Assembly: GCA_021831565.1 (NCBI GenBank)
Contig: JAKBMM010000001.1
Coordinates: forward strand, 80,321-144,320
Length of the DNA: 64,000 bases
Reading direction: 5' to 3'
Source of the DNA: Planctomycetota bacterium
GTDB taxonomy: Bacteria; Planctomycetota; Phycisphaerae; WQYP01
The notes under the pieces are model-generated. The model was not told where the DNA came from. It made no database searches and was given only the letters and a program-made list of their open reading frames with translations. Positions within the stretch are counted from its first letter, which is position 1. Each line of letters opens with the position of its first letter. Made by a program: the position numbers and the translations under genes. Of this stretch, positions 39,756 through 49,647 are shown in pieces.

Positions 39756-40082
39756 GCTCGCCCGCGGCGAATCGAATGCCGCCATCCCGACCGTTTCCCC
39801 GCCACCAAGCCGCGATGACTCTCCACCGCAGGGAAGAACCGGCCAAGCGGAGTAAGTCTACCGGCTTAAAACGCGGTTCGCAACCCGTGCGTTAGCGGTA
39901 TCGCCCGGCTTGGCAATTTTTTCGGCCGGCAGGGAAATACCCGCCCGGGCGCTTTCGCACGCAAAGAGGCCCACGTGGAAACGGCAATCTAGTGCTCTGT
40001 CAGGACGACACCCGGTCCCGCGCCGGCTATCGGGATTCCCCGGCTGCTCCCGAAAAGAATGCCGCACCCGGTAACAGCCACG

Positions 40083-40159
40083 GGTGGATTACGGGATTCG
40101 AACCCGCGACCCCGAGGACCACAACCTCGTGCTCTAACCAACTGAGCTAAATCCACCGT
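40083..40159 (-). tRNA. tRNA-His (anticodon GUG) with encoded G-1
   Basis: G(-1)-GTGGATT-TA-GCTC-AGTTGGTTA-GAGC-A-CGAGG-TTGTGGT-CCTCG-GGGTC-GCGGG-TTCGAAT-CCCGT-AATCCAC-C. G-1 pairs with C73, the His identity element. Confidence 0.85.
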
Positions 40160-40289
40160 CCGAAATATCATAGAACCCATCTCAAAATAGATTGCGGCCG
40201 CGACGGCGAGACTATCCATTGAGAGAAGTTCCAGGCTCTGTCCGAAAAAAACGCGGCGGGATCACAAAATTCCGGTATCCTCCCGGATT

Positions 40290-40994
40290 TCAGCGCAACA
40301 CCACGATTTCCACTCGCCGATCCAACGCCAGGTCCGTAGTGGAGACCATATCGTGGTCGCCAAAACTTACCGCTTTCATGCGGCGCCGGGATATGCCATG
40401 CCGGGCCAGGAAGTTCTCCACCGACCGCGCCCGCGCCAGCCCCAGCAAATAGTTGTTGCGATAAGGATGGTGAATGGGGCGGTTATCGGTAAATCCTTCG
40501 ATGCGAATTCGCCGGCGGGCGTAACGGGTTCGTAGCAAATAGGCTACATGCAACAATACGTGGAGCGATCGTGGTTGCAACCGCGCGCTGGCGGAGGCGA
40601 ACAGCAAGTCGCTGGAAAGTACGAAGCGGTGCATTTCGCGGCGCCGGTGACGAACCAAACGGCGCGGGGCGACCCTGGCTCCGGCGGAAGTTCGATTTCT
40701 GAATGTCGGCAACATGGTCGTGTAACCGGTCGACCGGGCAGCCTGCGTGCTTGCGGCTTGTTGCGCCTGGGCCGCCTGCTGGGCCGCGGCGGCGATCTGC
40801 TGTTGCTGCGCGAGCTGCGCTCGCGTGGACGCCAGACCGGCCTTGGCCTCGCGCAACTGCTGCTGGAGCTGCTGATTCTGTTGGAGAAGCTGGTTGCGTT
40901 CCGCCTGGAGTTTGTTCTGGGCGCACCCGCCGACGAACACCGCCAACAGCAGCGCCATGGAACCGCCAAGGGACCACCGAATGAAACGTGTCAT
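40290..40994 (-). CDS. OmpA/MotB-domain lipoprotein (Pal-like) with Gln-rich coiled-coil linker
   Basis: Lipobox LLAVFVGGC after the signal peptide, a Q-rich coiled coil, and a C-terminal OmpA-like peptidoglycan-binding domain (IRIEGFTDN...LGLARARSV...RRVEIVV). Confidence 0.65.
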   Translation of the reverse strand: MTRFIRWSLGGSMALLLAVFVGGCAQNKLQAERNQLLQQNQQLQQQLREAKAGLASTRAQLAQQQQIAAAAQQAAQAQQAASTQAARSTGYTTMLPTFRNRTSAGARVAPRRLVRHRRREMHRFVLSSDLLFASASARLQPRSLHVLLHVAYLLRTRYARRRIRIEGFTDNRPIHHPYRNNYLLGLARARSVENFLARHGISRRRMKAVSFGDHDMVSTTDLALDRRVEIVVLR

Positions 40995-41264
40995 GGTGGA
41001 AAACTCCTTTATACCACTGGAAACTTTCGGCCGGTCTACCTGACCTCGGCCCGAATTTACGGTTGTTTGGTCCTTCGCCGAGCCTGGGTTGAGTCATCAA
41101 GCCACATAGACGGCATATCAAACCGTGCCTACCCGGCTTTGTCAAAAGCCCGACAACGCAGAGTATAGTCGAAAACCATCCTTCCGGAAGCTCGTGCCAC
41201 CATACTCTATATGTGCGCTCATTCTACTTGAAATGCCAGGCTTGGCAAGCATGCCCAAGCGGGG

Positions 41265-42002
41265 TCAATCGTCGATCACCACCGCGTATAAAAACTTCGG
41301 TCCATGTACGCCGGTGACCAGGTTCATTTCAATATCGGCCGTTTTACTTGGACCATTGATGATGACCACATTGGAGGGCATTTTCCCAGCGGTGTCGCGC
41401 AGGATCCGCGGCATCGCGTCGATCATATCGGCTACGATGCGACCGGCCGGAAGCAGCACGATGTGCAGCGGAACCGTCAGCGTTGTCGAACGCCCGAAGC
41501 CGGGGTCGCTCCAGACCATCATCGCACCGGTGTCGGCCAGGCCATAGCGGCAATCGGTGATCGACGCATCACACTCGAAAACGGTCCGGGAGCAGTTTTC
41601 CTCGGTCCAGCGATGCAGCCGGTAGCCTTGGTCCCGCAAGTGCGCGGCGATCTGGTCATCAGGAAGATCGGCCAAATTGAGCATGATGGACTGGATTTTC
41701 GTCACGGCCATTTCCGCCTGTGCGGCGCCCGCGGACAGGCACGCATCAATCGCCGCGGTGATTCCGGCGTTTCGCGTTCGTCGCACCTGGACGCCATTTT
41801 TAGAGGCCAGATCGATCCATCGCTCCACCCGCTTTGGATCATCCGCCCGCACCTGCCGGAGGAATCGTTCCTGACGCTGCGGTCTTTCCGACGGCGCAGG
41901 GGCCTCGCCCCGCGCCGAGTGCCCCAAGGCATGACGGATGCGGGCAAGAAACTCTTCGCGGGCGTCCTGAGGTTGGTCGGTGGCCATCGAGTCTTGCGGC
42001 AT
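41265..42002 (-). CDS. LUD-domain protein (LutC/YkgG-like)
   Basis: 245 aa. The central and C-terminal conservation pattern (GIAETGT-like LADTGAMMV, HIVLLPAGRIV, NVVIINGPSKTADIE) resembles lactate-utilization protein C / DUF162. Confidence 0.55.
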   Translation of the reverse strand: MPQDSMATDQPQDAREEFLARIRHALGHSARGEAPAPSERPQRQERFLRQVRADDPKRVERWIDLASKNGVQVRRTRNAGITAAIDACLSAGAAQAEMAVTKIQSIMLNLADLPDDQIAAHLRDQGYRLHRWTEENCSRTVFECDASITDCRYGLADTGAMMVWSDPGFGRSTTLTVPLHIVLLPAGRIVADMIDAMPRILRDTAGKMPSNVVIINGPSKTADIEMNLVTGVHGPKFLYAVVIDD

Positions 42003-42215
42003 GGGGGTGGCTCCTGGTGTGACAATTTTTCGGGGTGGTACAATTTTCCGCTATTGGAACGGTATTCGGCCGGATCGCGGTTTCCGCGACCGGCTGACCC
42101 ATGCGGACGGGGTCGTCCGCGTTCCCGGGCGCCCCCGAAAATTGTCACACCCCTGGTTCCTGGCGGAACGCTTCTTGTTTGAGCGGTTCCCCGCCGGTAC
42201 TATAAAATTTTAATT

Positions 42216-44642
42216 ATGCACAAAAAACTGCTTTCTACCAGCGTTTATTTCCTGTGGACGTGGGCGGCGGTAGTACTGGCGGCAAGCGGCCTGTCCGCCG
42301 GCGGCGCGGTGCGGGCAGTCCCGATCGGCCAGGGGGCGCGCAGACCGGCAGCCATCGGGATGGCCGCCAGGGCGGATCGGCTATTGGGCCGGCAGGTCGA
42401 TCTCCAGTGCCCGGCGCAATTCATCACGGCCCTGGCGCTGGACCGGCAAGGCAATCTCTGGGTGGGAACGGAAGATCACGGTGTGTACCGCTATGACCCG
42501 CGGCTACCGGTCCGACGGCGGTGGACGCAATTCGGCGCCGCAAGCGGCGTGGGCGACAACAACGTATACGCCATTGTGTGCGACCGGCGCGGTCGCATTT
42601 GGGTGGGCACGCTCACGCATGGCGTGGCGGTTTATAACGGGCAACACTGGCGGCGGTACAACGTGATTCCGCATCCGCGCCGGAAGGTGCTTGCCGGGCC
42701 GATCGGATCGCGCATTTTTGCCATGGCGGCTAACCCCGTGAACGGGGATGTATGGATGGCCACGGACGCCGGTATAAGCCGGTATCGGGGGCGTACCGAT
42801 CGTTGGCAATACATCACTCGCGCCGGCGGTTTGCCCGGCGCGCAAGCGATGGCGCTGGCGTTGGGGCCGCACGGCCGGCTTTATGTAGCCTTGCAGGTGG
42901 GAGGCATTGCCATCTCCACTCCGGCGCGCCATTACCGAAACTGGCGTGTAGTTACCGGCCCGCGTGATATGCCGGGGCGGGCTACAGGCACGGGCTTGCC
43001 ATGCCGGATGATTAACGCCTTGCTGGTGCTGCCGGACGGGCATGTTTATGCGGCTACCGACAACGGCCTGGCCAACAGCGCCGATCATGGCCGGACATGG
43101 CGTTTTGTGCATGGTCGCGATTTTTCTCTGGAAATAGGCGGAATGGCCAAGCCGCCGCGCAATTTCCGCCGGCCTTCCGCGGCCGAGGAAGCGCGAATGC
43201 CGCCCGATGATTATGTCACCTGCCTGGCGGCGATGCCGGGAAGCGCCGTGCAGAATCTCTGGCTGGGCTGCCGGCGCAACGGTTTTGCGGATTTGCATGT
43301 AAATACAGGCCTGATGACTCCGGAGACTCTGTGGAAGACGCCCCCCGCCACGCGGCCGGCGGGGCCGGGAGCGGCCGGCCCCAAGCGGGCGGCCCCGGCG
43401 ATCGGTGCGCCGGCGGAACTGGACGTGGGAACCAATTTTATTTCCGCGCTGCTGGCGCTGCCGGACGGGTCCGTGATTGTCGGGCGCTACGGCGGCATGT
43501 TGACGCGCTACGAGCCGCGGGGTTATGCCAAGTCGTTGGGCGATGTTCTCGCCACCGGTTCCAACGGTAACGCCAGGTCCGTCGGCGAACGATTTCCAGC
43601 GCCGGCGGCAACCTGGACGCCGGCGGAGTTCGCCCGGGCACTGACACATCTCACCCGCCTGCGACAATCACTTCCCAGGAAAAGGACTCCAGCCTTTTTC
43701 CTGGGCGACGACTGGACGACCAAAGGGGATTGGATCGAACATTATGGACTGACGTATACCGATCTGTTCGGCACCAATGGTCAGTTTCACGATGTGCGTG
43801 ATTTCCAGGTGCAGGTTTATACCGGGCCACATGTCGGCGCCCGCGGCGCGGTGTATGGGTATACGATGTGGTTGCATACGAATAAACCGAATTGCCTGTT
43901 TGATCCGCAGACTGGAACACGACGCTACTCGGAAGTCAATGACGGCGGGTGGAGGTTGCCGTGGTACTGGCAGGGGCCGAACCTGTGGATCGCGGTGAAG
44001 TTTCCGAAGGGCAACTATGTCGCCGATTGGTATTTATACAACAAGGACGGTCACAGCGGCGGCAACCGGCGTCGCGATTTTGTGATGAATGTGCGACCTC
44101 CGGCGGCGAACCGACAGGCGGCAATGCGGGAAAAACCGCTGGATACCACACGGGTCGTGCACTTCTGGGGTGGAGTGTATAAGCGGTTTCTGGTGCGCGG
44201 TCCGGGGCGATACTGGTTTCACATCCGGCGGAATCATGGCGAATGCGTGACCGTGTCGGGCTTGATGATTGATCGTTGGAAGCGGAACAGCGCCGCCGGG
44301 AAGATCAAGGCGCCGGCGGCCTTGCGGCCGGCGGTGGCGTTGTGGCGGGCATGCCGTAGAAGAGCGCCGCCGGATGCGGCCTGGGCGGATCAGGCCCATG
44401 TATGCCAGGTGGAGTGTCTGCGGGCGGCGGTGGCGGCGGCGGCCCCCTGGCAGGCGCGATGGCGAAGTGTTCTGAACATCTGGTGGCGGCGGGATCGGGA
44501 GAATCTGCGCAAACTGATTCAGAAGAAGCTCTCCCAGGCGGTCCGGGCCGATCCACAATTGTACTCGTTCATTCTCAGTCCGGCCCAGCGGCACAAATGG
44601 TGGCCGAACAATCGGGTTCGGTCCGGCTCCCAAGCACGGTGA
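42216..44642 (+). CDS. Secreted protein with two-component-regulator-propeller (Reg_prop) type repeats
   Basis: Signal peptide MHKKLLSTSVYFLWTWAAVVLAASG. Repeated GNLWVGTEDHGVYRYD / GRIWVGTLTHGVAVYNG / GDVWMATDAGISRY beta-propeller blades. Long C-terminal region without a recognised domain. Confidence 0.6.
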   Translation: MHKKLLSTSVYFLWTWAAVVLAASGLSAGGAVRAVPIGQGARRPAAIGMAARADRLLGRQVDLQCPAQFITALALDRQGNLWVGTEDHGVYRYDPRLPVRRRWTQFGAASGVGDNNVYAIVCDRRGRIWVGTLTHGVAVYNGQHWRRYNVIPHPRRKVLAGPIGSRIFAMAANPVNGDVWMATDAGISRYRGRTDRWQYITRAGGLPGAQAMALALGPHGRLYVALQVGGIAISTPARHYRNWRVVTGPRDMPGRATGTGLPCRMINALLVLPDGHVYAATDNGLANSADHGRTWRFVHGRDFSLEIGGMAKPPRNFRRPSAAEEARMPPDDYVTCLAAMPGSAVQNLWLGCRRNGFADLHVNTGLMTPETLWKTPPATRPAGPGAAGPKRAAPAIGAPAELDVGTNFISALLALPDGSVIVGRYGGMLTRYEPRGYAKSLGDVLATGSNGNARSVGERFPAPAATWTPAEFARALTHLTRLRQSLPRKRTPAFFLGDDWTTKGDWIEHYGLTYTDLFGTNGQFHDVRDFQVQVYTGPHVGARGAVYGYTMWLHTNKPNCLFDPQTGTRRYSEVNDGGWRLPWYWQGPNLWIAVKFPKGNYVADWYLYNKDGHSGGNRRRDFVMNVRPPAANRQAAMREKPLDTTRVVHFWGGVYKRFLVRGPGRYWFHIRRNHGECVTVSGLMIDRWKRNSAAGKIKAPAALRPAVALWRACRRRAPPDAAWADQAHVCQVECLRAAVAAAAPWQARWRSVLNIWWRRDRENLRKLIQKKLSQAVRADPQLYSFILSPAQRHKWWPNNRVRSGSQAR

Positions 44643-44716
44643 TCCATATCGGCCCCGGCGCTATTTTCACCCCATCGCCGCGGACATGGCTATCGGGCGG
44701 GAACGTCTGGAGCGGA

Positions 44717-45010
44717 TTACGGTTCCACGCCCACCACCACCAGCGGCACGGCCGGCGTGCCGCGGCCCTGGCGCAGAAGATCGTAGAGGCCCCCTTCGTA
44801 GTAACCGACGCCGGATGACATCCGGGATTGCAGGGATTTCATGGGCAGAATCTCGATGCCCACGTCGATCACGTCACCGACAAAAAAGGCCATGTGCTTG
44901 ACGAACATGTCGTATGCGACAAACGCATACTTGCCAAACTGTATTTCGAGCGCAATTCGATCTTTGACGAAATCAGTTTGATTGTACGAATACATCGCCT
45001 GAATTTTCAT
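44717..45010 (-). CDS. Small hypothetical protein downstream of, and overlapping, the DNA methyltransferase (possible restriction endonuclease remnant)
   Basis: 97-aa ORF. Its ATG overlaps the methyltransferase stop (ATGA). GC is about 50% versus a flank of about 65%. It contains D...EIQFGK and DVIDVGIEILPMK segments that loosely resemble PD-(D/E)xK strands, which is not conclusive. Confidence 0.35.
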   Translation of the reverse strand: MKIQAMYSYNQTDFVKDRIALEIQFGKYAFVAYDMFVKHMAFFVGDVIDVGIEILPMKSLQSRMSSGVGYYEGGLYDLLRQGRGTPAVPLVVVGVEP

Positions 45011-45954
45011 CGATGACCACCGTTCGGCAGTGTAGGATCGTAAACGGGGCGTTCCATGGGACGGGTTTGCAGCACACCGGTCCGGTAGTCCGCAATACGG
45101 GCGCGGGCAATCTTTACATATTTCTCTTCGATATCACAGCCATAACCGTCGCGATTGTTCTTAATCGCGGCGATAACGGCGGAACCGACACCCATGTAGG
45201 GGTCGAAAACACCATCCCCGGCGCGCGTCATGGAGAGGACAAGCCGTTCAACAAGCTCCACGGGAAATTGGCAGGGATGAATCGTCTTTTCAACGTGGTT
45301 GGCTTTTACATTTGGAATAACCCACACGTCGCCGGGATTTTTCCCCAGCGGATTGCACGAGAACATACCGGCTTTGGGGCCTTTGAAGTATTTCTTTCCG
45401 GGGTATTTTGGTGGGATACGGATCGGGTCAACATCGAAGACAAACTGGTCGGACTTGGTAAACCACAGGATCGTTTCGTAACGTCCCGAAAAACGCCGCG
45501 TGCAATGCAGGCCGTGTTCGAAATGCCATATAATGCGGTTCCGTAGTTTCATTCCAAGCTTTTTGAAAATCGGGTGGAACATGATGTCCAGCGGGACCAC
45601 CTCGCCGTCGATGGTGATATGGTTGCCAACCTGCCAACAAATCGATCCCGCCGGTTTGAGCAGACGTACACAGTGGCTTATCACCCGTTCCTGTGTTTCG
45701 AGATAACAAGTCAGTGAATCCCGCCGCTCGTATTCTTTACCGATGTTGTAGGGGGGAGAGGTGACGATCAACTGGAAGCTCTGATCCGGAAATTTCGCCA
45801 TGAACTCGAGGTTGTCGGCACACGCAACAGCGTGCTTGCCGACACCGGAACCTAAGCTATTCCGTTTGATTTCGCCGATCGGAAAAAGCGTCTGGCCGAT
45901 CATGATGGATACCCCGAGTTCCAAAAGCCAGTGGTTAATATACCCGAATCTCAC
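45007..45954 (-). CDS. Beta-class DNA methyltransferase (SPPY motif IV preceding FxGxG motif I; probably N4-cytosine or N6-adenine specific)
   Basis: LIVTSPPYNIGKEY (motif IV) lies N-terminal to VFDPYMGVGSAVIAA (motif I), which is the circular permutation of beta-class amino-MTases. SPPY rather than DPPY favours N4-cytosine. Locally low GC. Confidence 0.8.
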   Translation of the reverse strand: MRFGYINHWLLELGVSIMIGQTLFPIGEIKRNSLGSGVGKHAVACADNLEFMAKFPDQSFQLIVTSPPYNIGKEYERRDSLTCYLETQERVISHCVRLLKPAGSICWQVGNHITIDGEVVPLDIMFHPIFKKLGMKLRNRIIWHFEHGLHCTRRFSGRYETILWFTKSDQFVFDVDPIRIPPKYPGKKYFKGPKAGMFSCNPLGKNPGDVWVIPNVKANHVEKTIHPCQFPVELVERLVLSMTRAGDGVFDPYMGVGSAVIAAIKNNRDGYGCDIEEKYVKIARARIADYRTGVLQTRPMERPVYDPTLPNGGHR

Positions 45955-46083
45955 CCCTGGAGGGATAGGCCGACTTCGCCGACGCTTTCAATTTCATTGC
46001 CCCATTGCAACCAGCCGGGGGGCGTGCCGGGCGAAAAATTCTAGGTACGGTCCATCACTGCATCGGCGGAGGGTGGCCCCGGC

Positions 46084-47700
46084 TCACTTCCATCTCCGCC
46101 AGGGGCGGAAACCTTCGTTGACGACCACGTTGCGCACCGGGCCGAGCACCTGTGAGTTGAGCATGTCGAACATGTTGCCCATGATGTAGCGGATGGCATA
46201 GCGAACCGGTTTGGCGTCGGGGTCGTGGATGAACGGCAGGATGGCGTAATCCGCCACGCATTTAATCCCCAGCGTCAGGGCGAAAAGAACGTTGTAACGC
46301 GTCAGGTTCCGCCCCAGCACGTGCAGGATCGGATGATGGCGCTGCATCCACATGGCGAAGACTCCCGCGCCCAGTCCCGCCAGCAGACCGGCGACGTTGG
46401 CCAGGATGGCCAGCACCGCCTGGTAGGCCGCTCCGCCGCGGCGGGTAAACGCCAGCACCAGATTGAAATTGGCGATTTCAATGGCGCTCCACGCCGCGCC
46501 GCCGAAAAACGCGCCGGCGAAACCCATGTCAAACGTGCGCACGCTGATGAAAATCCAGACCAGCAGCGTCAGGCTGTGCAGCGTCGAAGAGATCATAATC
46601 ACCGGCTTGCAGCCAAGACGATCAATCAGCCGGCCCCAGAACGGATAGCCGAGAATCTGCCCGAAGTTGGTGGTAAGCATCAGCATCAGACATACGGCCA
46701 GATTCGGATTGGCGGCGAACCAGGAATGTCCCCCGCCATGGCGCACCAGGCTGAGCATCATGACCCAACTGAATGTGCCGGCGAAGGCGATGGCGAACGT
46801 GAATAACATCGAATACAGCACGTAAAGCAGAAACGGCCGATCGCGCAGGGGTAAAAGCAGATGCCGCCAGACACCCTCGGATTGAGGGTGCGGTTCCAGC
46901 GGCGGTTCCGCGACGCGGTGATAACTCTGGATGTCGATTACACCGCTGATAGTCGCCAGCAAAAACAGGCCGCTGATGGTGAAAATAAGCGGCGGCATTC
47001 CCGCCCAGCGGCTCACAGGGCCCAGCAGCCGATCCAGGCCGCCGCGATGCGCGGCATCCAGCAGCACGCCGACCACAATGGCGGTAACCGCCGAGACCAT
47101 GATGCCCAAGCGGTTGCGCCGCGAAAAATATTTGCCACGCACGCGAGCCGGAACCAGTTGGGCCATCCACTGCGTCCAGGCGGGGCTGCCGATATTGCCC
47201 GCGGCCGAGGCGACAAACAAAAGGATCACCATGGTCAGAGCGCCCGCGCGATCGGCGGCGGGAAACAGCCAGGGCAGCAGGGCCAGCGGCAAATAAAGCA
47301 CGCGCTGAGTGGTCAGGCTCCAGAGGAATATGTTCTTCACCTTTCCGGTTCGCTGGGTGTAGAGTGAGCCGGCAAGCTGGAAAATGGCGCCGAGGTAACC
47401 GGCCGCCGCCAGATAACCGAAGATCAGGTCGTTGGCGCCCAGGTATTGCGCCAGCAGGGTGGCGGTGGCGCCCGTGGTGGAAAACATCCAGAAGGCGCCG
47501 AAAAACCAGGCGAAAATGATGTAATAAAGGCTGCGGCGAAGACCCGCCCCGCCGATGCGCCCGGGCGGGTGACGCTTCCGGTGGTCCGGCGGCGATGGGG
47601 GCGAGTCTTTATTGCCATCGGGACCGGCAATTGGTCCCGGCGAAGCCGCGGCGTCCCGCGCTGACGGCGCCGCGGATCGCAGCGCCCGGTTAAGATTCAT
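46084..47700 (-). CDS. Major facilitator superfamily-type transporter (about 12 TM)
   Basis: 538 aa with a cytoplasmic N-terminal tail, then 12 predicted hydrophobic helices in a 6+6 arrangement. No specific substrate family could be recognised. Confidence 0.55.
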   Translation of the reverse strand: MNLNRALRSAAPSARDAAASPGPIAGPDGNKDSPPSPPDHRKRHPPGRIGGAGLRRSLYYIIFAWFFGAFWMFSTTGATATLLAQYLGANDLIFGYLAAAGYLGAIFQLAGSLYTQRTGKVKNIFLWSLTTQRVLYLPLALLPWLFPAADRAGALTMVILLFVASAAGNIGSPAWTQWMAQLVPARVRGKYFSRRNRLGIMVSAVTAIVVGVLLDAAHRGGLDRLLGPVSRWAGMPPLIFTISGLFLLATISGVIDIQSYHRVAEPPLEPHPQSEGVWRHLLLPLRDRPFLLYVLYSMLFTFAIAFAGTFSWVMMLSLVRHGGGHSWFAANPNLAVCLMLMLTTNFGQILGYPFWGRLIDRLGCKPVIMISSTLHSLTLLVWIFISVRTFDMGFAGAFFGGAAWSAIEIANFNLVLAFTRRGGAAYQAVLAILANVAGLLAGLGAGVFAMWMQRHHPILHVLGRNLTRYNVLFALTLGIKCVADYAILPFIHDPDAKPVRYAIRYIMGNMFDMLNSQVLGPVRNVVVNEGFRPWRRWK

Positions 47701-47814
47701 TTTTTCCCACCTGCGCGGCGGATGCCAGCCTGGCTTTTCCCGCTATTGCCATACTTGGAAGCGAAGGATTTCTGTAACACCAGACCAGCCGGCGAGCGGC
47801 GCGCTGGCGCCGCA

Positions 47815-48825
47815 TTACGGCATACACAAATATTCAAAACGCGGGCGGGCCAGATTAAAGAGCGTCTTCGGCGAGACTTCCAGCGCCGGCGATTGCAGCG
47901 ATCCTTGCGCCTTGATTAGGTTGAAGATATTTTGGGGAGGTTTGAGTTCCACGATGGTCGGATTATAAATGTTGGCCTTCTTGGCCACCCAGTGATACGC
48001 GGCCGAAAGATAACCAATGTGGTCCACGAGGCCCTTTTTGAGAGCCGCCTGGGCGGCCCATATTTTGCCGTTGGCGATTTGCGCCACCGGCTCGGCCAGA
48101 CGCGAGCCTCGTCCCTTTTGCACAATACTTTCAAAACGCCGGTGGTCGATATCCAGCAGGTGCTGGATATACGCTTTGACTTGGGGTGTAAACTGTGAAA
48201 AGGGCGAACCGGCCTCTTTCCACACCGCCGGCTTGCTGGTGATAAATTCCGGTTGCACACCGATTTTTTTCATCAGACCCGTCAATTGAAAGCCCGGCAT
48301 CATCACGCCGATGCTTCCCGTGATGGTGGTCGGCTCGGCGTATATCTCTTGAGCAGCCATGGAGATGTAATACGCCCCGCTGGCCGCGAGCGAACCCATG
48401 CTTACCACGATGGGTTTGTTCAGCATTCGCAGCTTCAAAAGCTCATGATAACACTCGTCGGCGTCGGTCACGCCGCCGCCCGGAGAATCCACCCGCAGCA
48501 CCACCGCCTTGATATTCGGATCGTGCTCAATGGCTTGCACGTCGGCGCGCACCTGCTCCACCATGGCGCCGTCAACAAGACCGGAAATGGGAATAACCGC
48601 CACCTTATCCTGCGTACCGCGGCGAATCACGATTTCGCGGACATGGCCGGTGTACATCAGCGTGGTGTTCAGAGCGCACAGTCCACCCAGCGCGAGAATC
48701 AACACAAAATTCAGAACAATCGACGCCAAAAGAATCAGGTACAGCAGACCGCGCAGGAACCAGCGGCCCGCTTTGGGCGCATTCTGATATACCACCACCG
48801 GTGAAGGTCCGCCGCTCTGAGTCAT
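47815..48825 (-). CDS. sppA: Signal peptide peptidase A (S49 family, 36K type)
   Basis: N-terminal TM anchor, AVVLRVDSPGGGVTDA, and a catalytic Ser region (SMGSLAASGAYYIS) typical of SppA / ClpP-fold S49 peptidases. Confidence 0.8.
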   Translation of the reverse strand: MTQSGGPSPVVVYQNAPKAGRWFLRGLLYLILLASIVLNFVLILALGGLCALNTTLMYTGHVREIVIRRGTQDKVAVIPISGLVDGAMVEQVRADVQAIEHDPNIKAVVLRVDSPGGGVTDADECYHELLKLRMLNKPIVVSMGSLAASGAYYISMAAQEIYAEPTTITGSIGVMMPGFQLTGLMKKIGVQPEFITSKPAVWKEAGSPFSQFTPQVKAYIQHLLDIDHRRFESIVQKGRGSRLAEPVAQIANGKIWAAQAALKKGLVDHIGYLSAAYHWVAKKANIYNPTIVELKPPQNIFNLIKAQGSLQSPALEVSPKTLFNLARPRFEYLCMP

Positions 48826-48882
48826 GGGCAGTCTCCTGATCGCGCGCGTCGCCTTTTCCCGGCAAAAGCCGTTGCTTTAGCT

Positions 48883-49647
48883 TTAGACGAGCGCCATTTT
48901 CTTGAGGTTTTCCAAACTGATACGCACGGCGTCAAGCGGCGGCGTCTCGTAACAGTTATCCTGTTCGACAATCCACCAGTGCAGATTGGCCTTTTCGGCG
49001 GCGGCGGCAAGGGCTTTCCAGTTTAAAATACCGCTGCCCACCGGTGCAAAGCGCCGCGGTGATCCAGCCGCCATATCTTTGGCGTGCAGCAGCGCGACCC
49101 GCGCCGCGTGCCGGTTAAGGTAAGCCACCGGATCCTCACCGCCGGCCTGCACCCAGAAGGTGTCGAGCTCCAGCTTGAGATTTTGCGCGTCGGAGTTGGC
49201 CAGCAGAATATCGAAACCGGATTTGCCATCGAATTTCTGGAATTCAAAATCATGATTATGGTAAGCCAGCGTCACTCCGCGCTGCCGGCACGCGGCGCCG
49301 ATGTCGGAGAGCTTGCGCGCCGCGGTGGCCCAGTCGGCGCCCGACTGGCGCCGACTTTTCGGCATTGACGGGCAGGTAATGCTGGTCAGCCCCGCCCGCG
49401 TGTAGTAATCCAGAACCGCCGGGAGGTTTGATTCGAGATTTTCAAATCCAACGTGTACGCCCACAAGGGACAGGCCCATATCCGCCGTCTTGGCGCGAAG
49501 TTCATCGGCGGGGAGGGCGGACCGCATATCAAGAAGTTCGATGCCCTGGTAGCCTATCTGAGCCACTTTCCGGCACGTTCCCAGAAAATCTTTCTCCGAC
49601 ATGGAACCCAACGTGTACATCTGAAGAGCCGCTTTCATCTTAGCCAC
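48883..49647 (-). CDS. Sugar phosphate isomerase/epimerase (xylose isomerase-like TIM barrel)
   Basis: 254 aa. The LHAKD / WWIVEQD metal-binding pattern of AP-endonuclease-2-type TIM barrels. Confidence 0.7.
   Translation of the reverse strand: MAKMKAALQMYTLGSMSEKDFLGTCRKVAQIGYQGIELLDMRSALPADELRAKTADMGLSLVGVHVGFENLESNLPAVLDYYTRAGLTSITCPSMPKSRRQSGADWATAARKLSDIGAACRQRGVTLAYHNHDFEFQKFDGKSGFDILLANSDAQNLKLELDTFWVQAGGEDPVAYLNRHAARVALLHAKDMAAGSPRRFAPVGSGILNWKALAAAAEKANLHWWIVEQDNCYETPPLDAVRISLENLKKMALV

Noticed and set aside
39759-39795. tRNA-Gly-like 3' half (TTCGATT T-loop plus CGGGCG acceptor-like strand) adjacent to tRNA-Thr
   Set aside because: No matching 5' acceptor strand or D/anticodon arms within 90 nt. 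It is probably a decayed remnant and is reported only inside a finding.
39842-39914. 73-nt interval with 7-bp terminal complementarity (GCCAAGC...GCTTGGC) that looked like a possible plus-strand tRNA
   Set aside because: The interior cannot form D, anticodon and T arms (no GTTC/GAAC T-loop in register), so it is not a tRNA. It is kept only as a hairpin/terminator candidate.
39990-40070. Possible SRP RNA (4.5S) because of GGGAGCAGCC and GTCAGG-like strings on the minus strand
   Set aside because: The order and spacing of the helix-8 elements (GGUCC-GNAR-GGAAGCAGCC) do not match. Similarity is too loose to call without Infernal.
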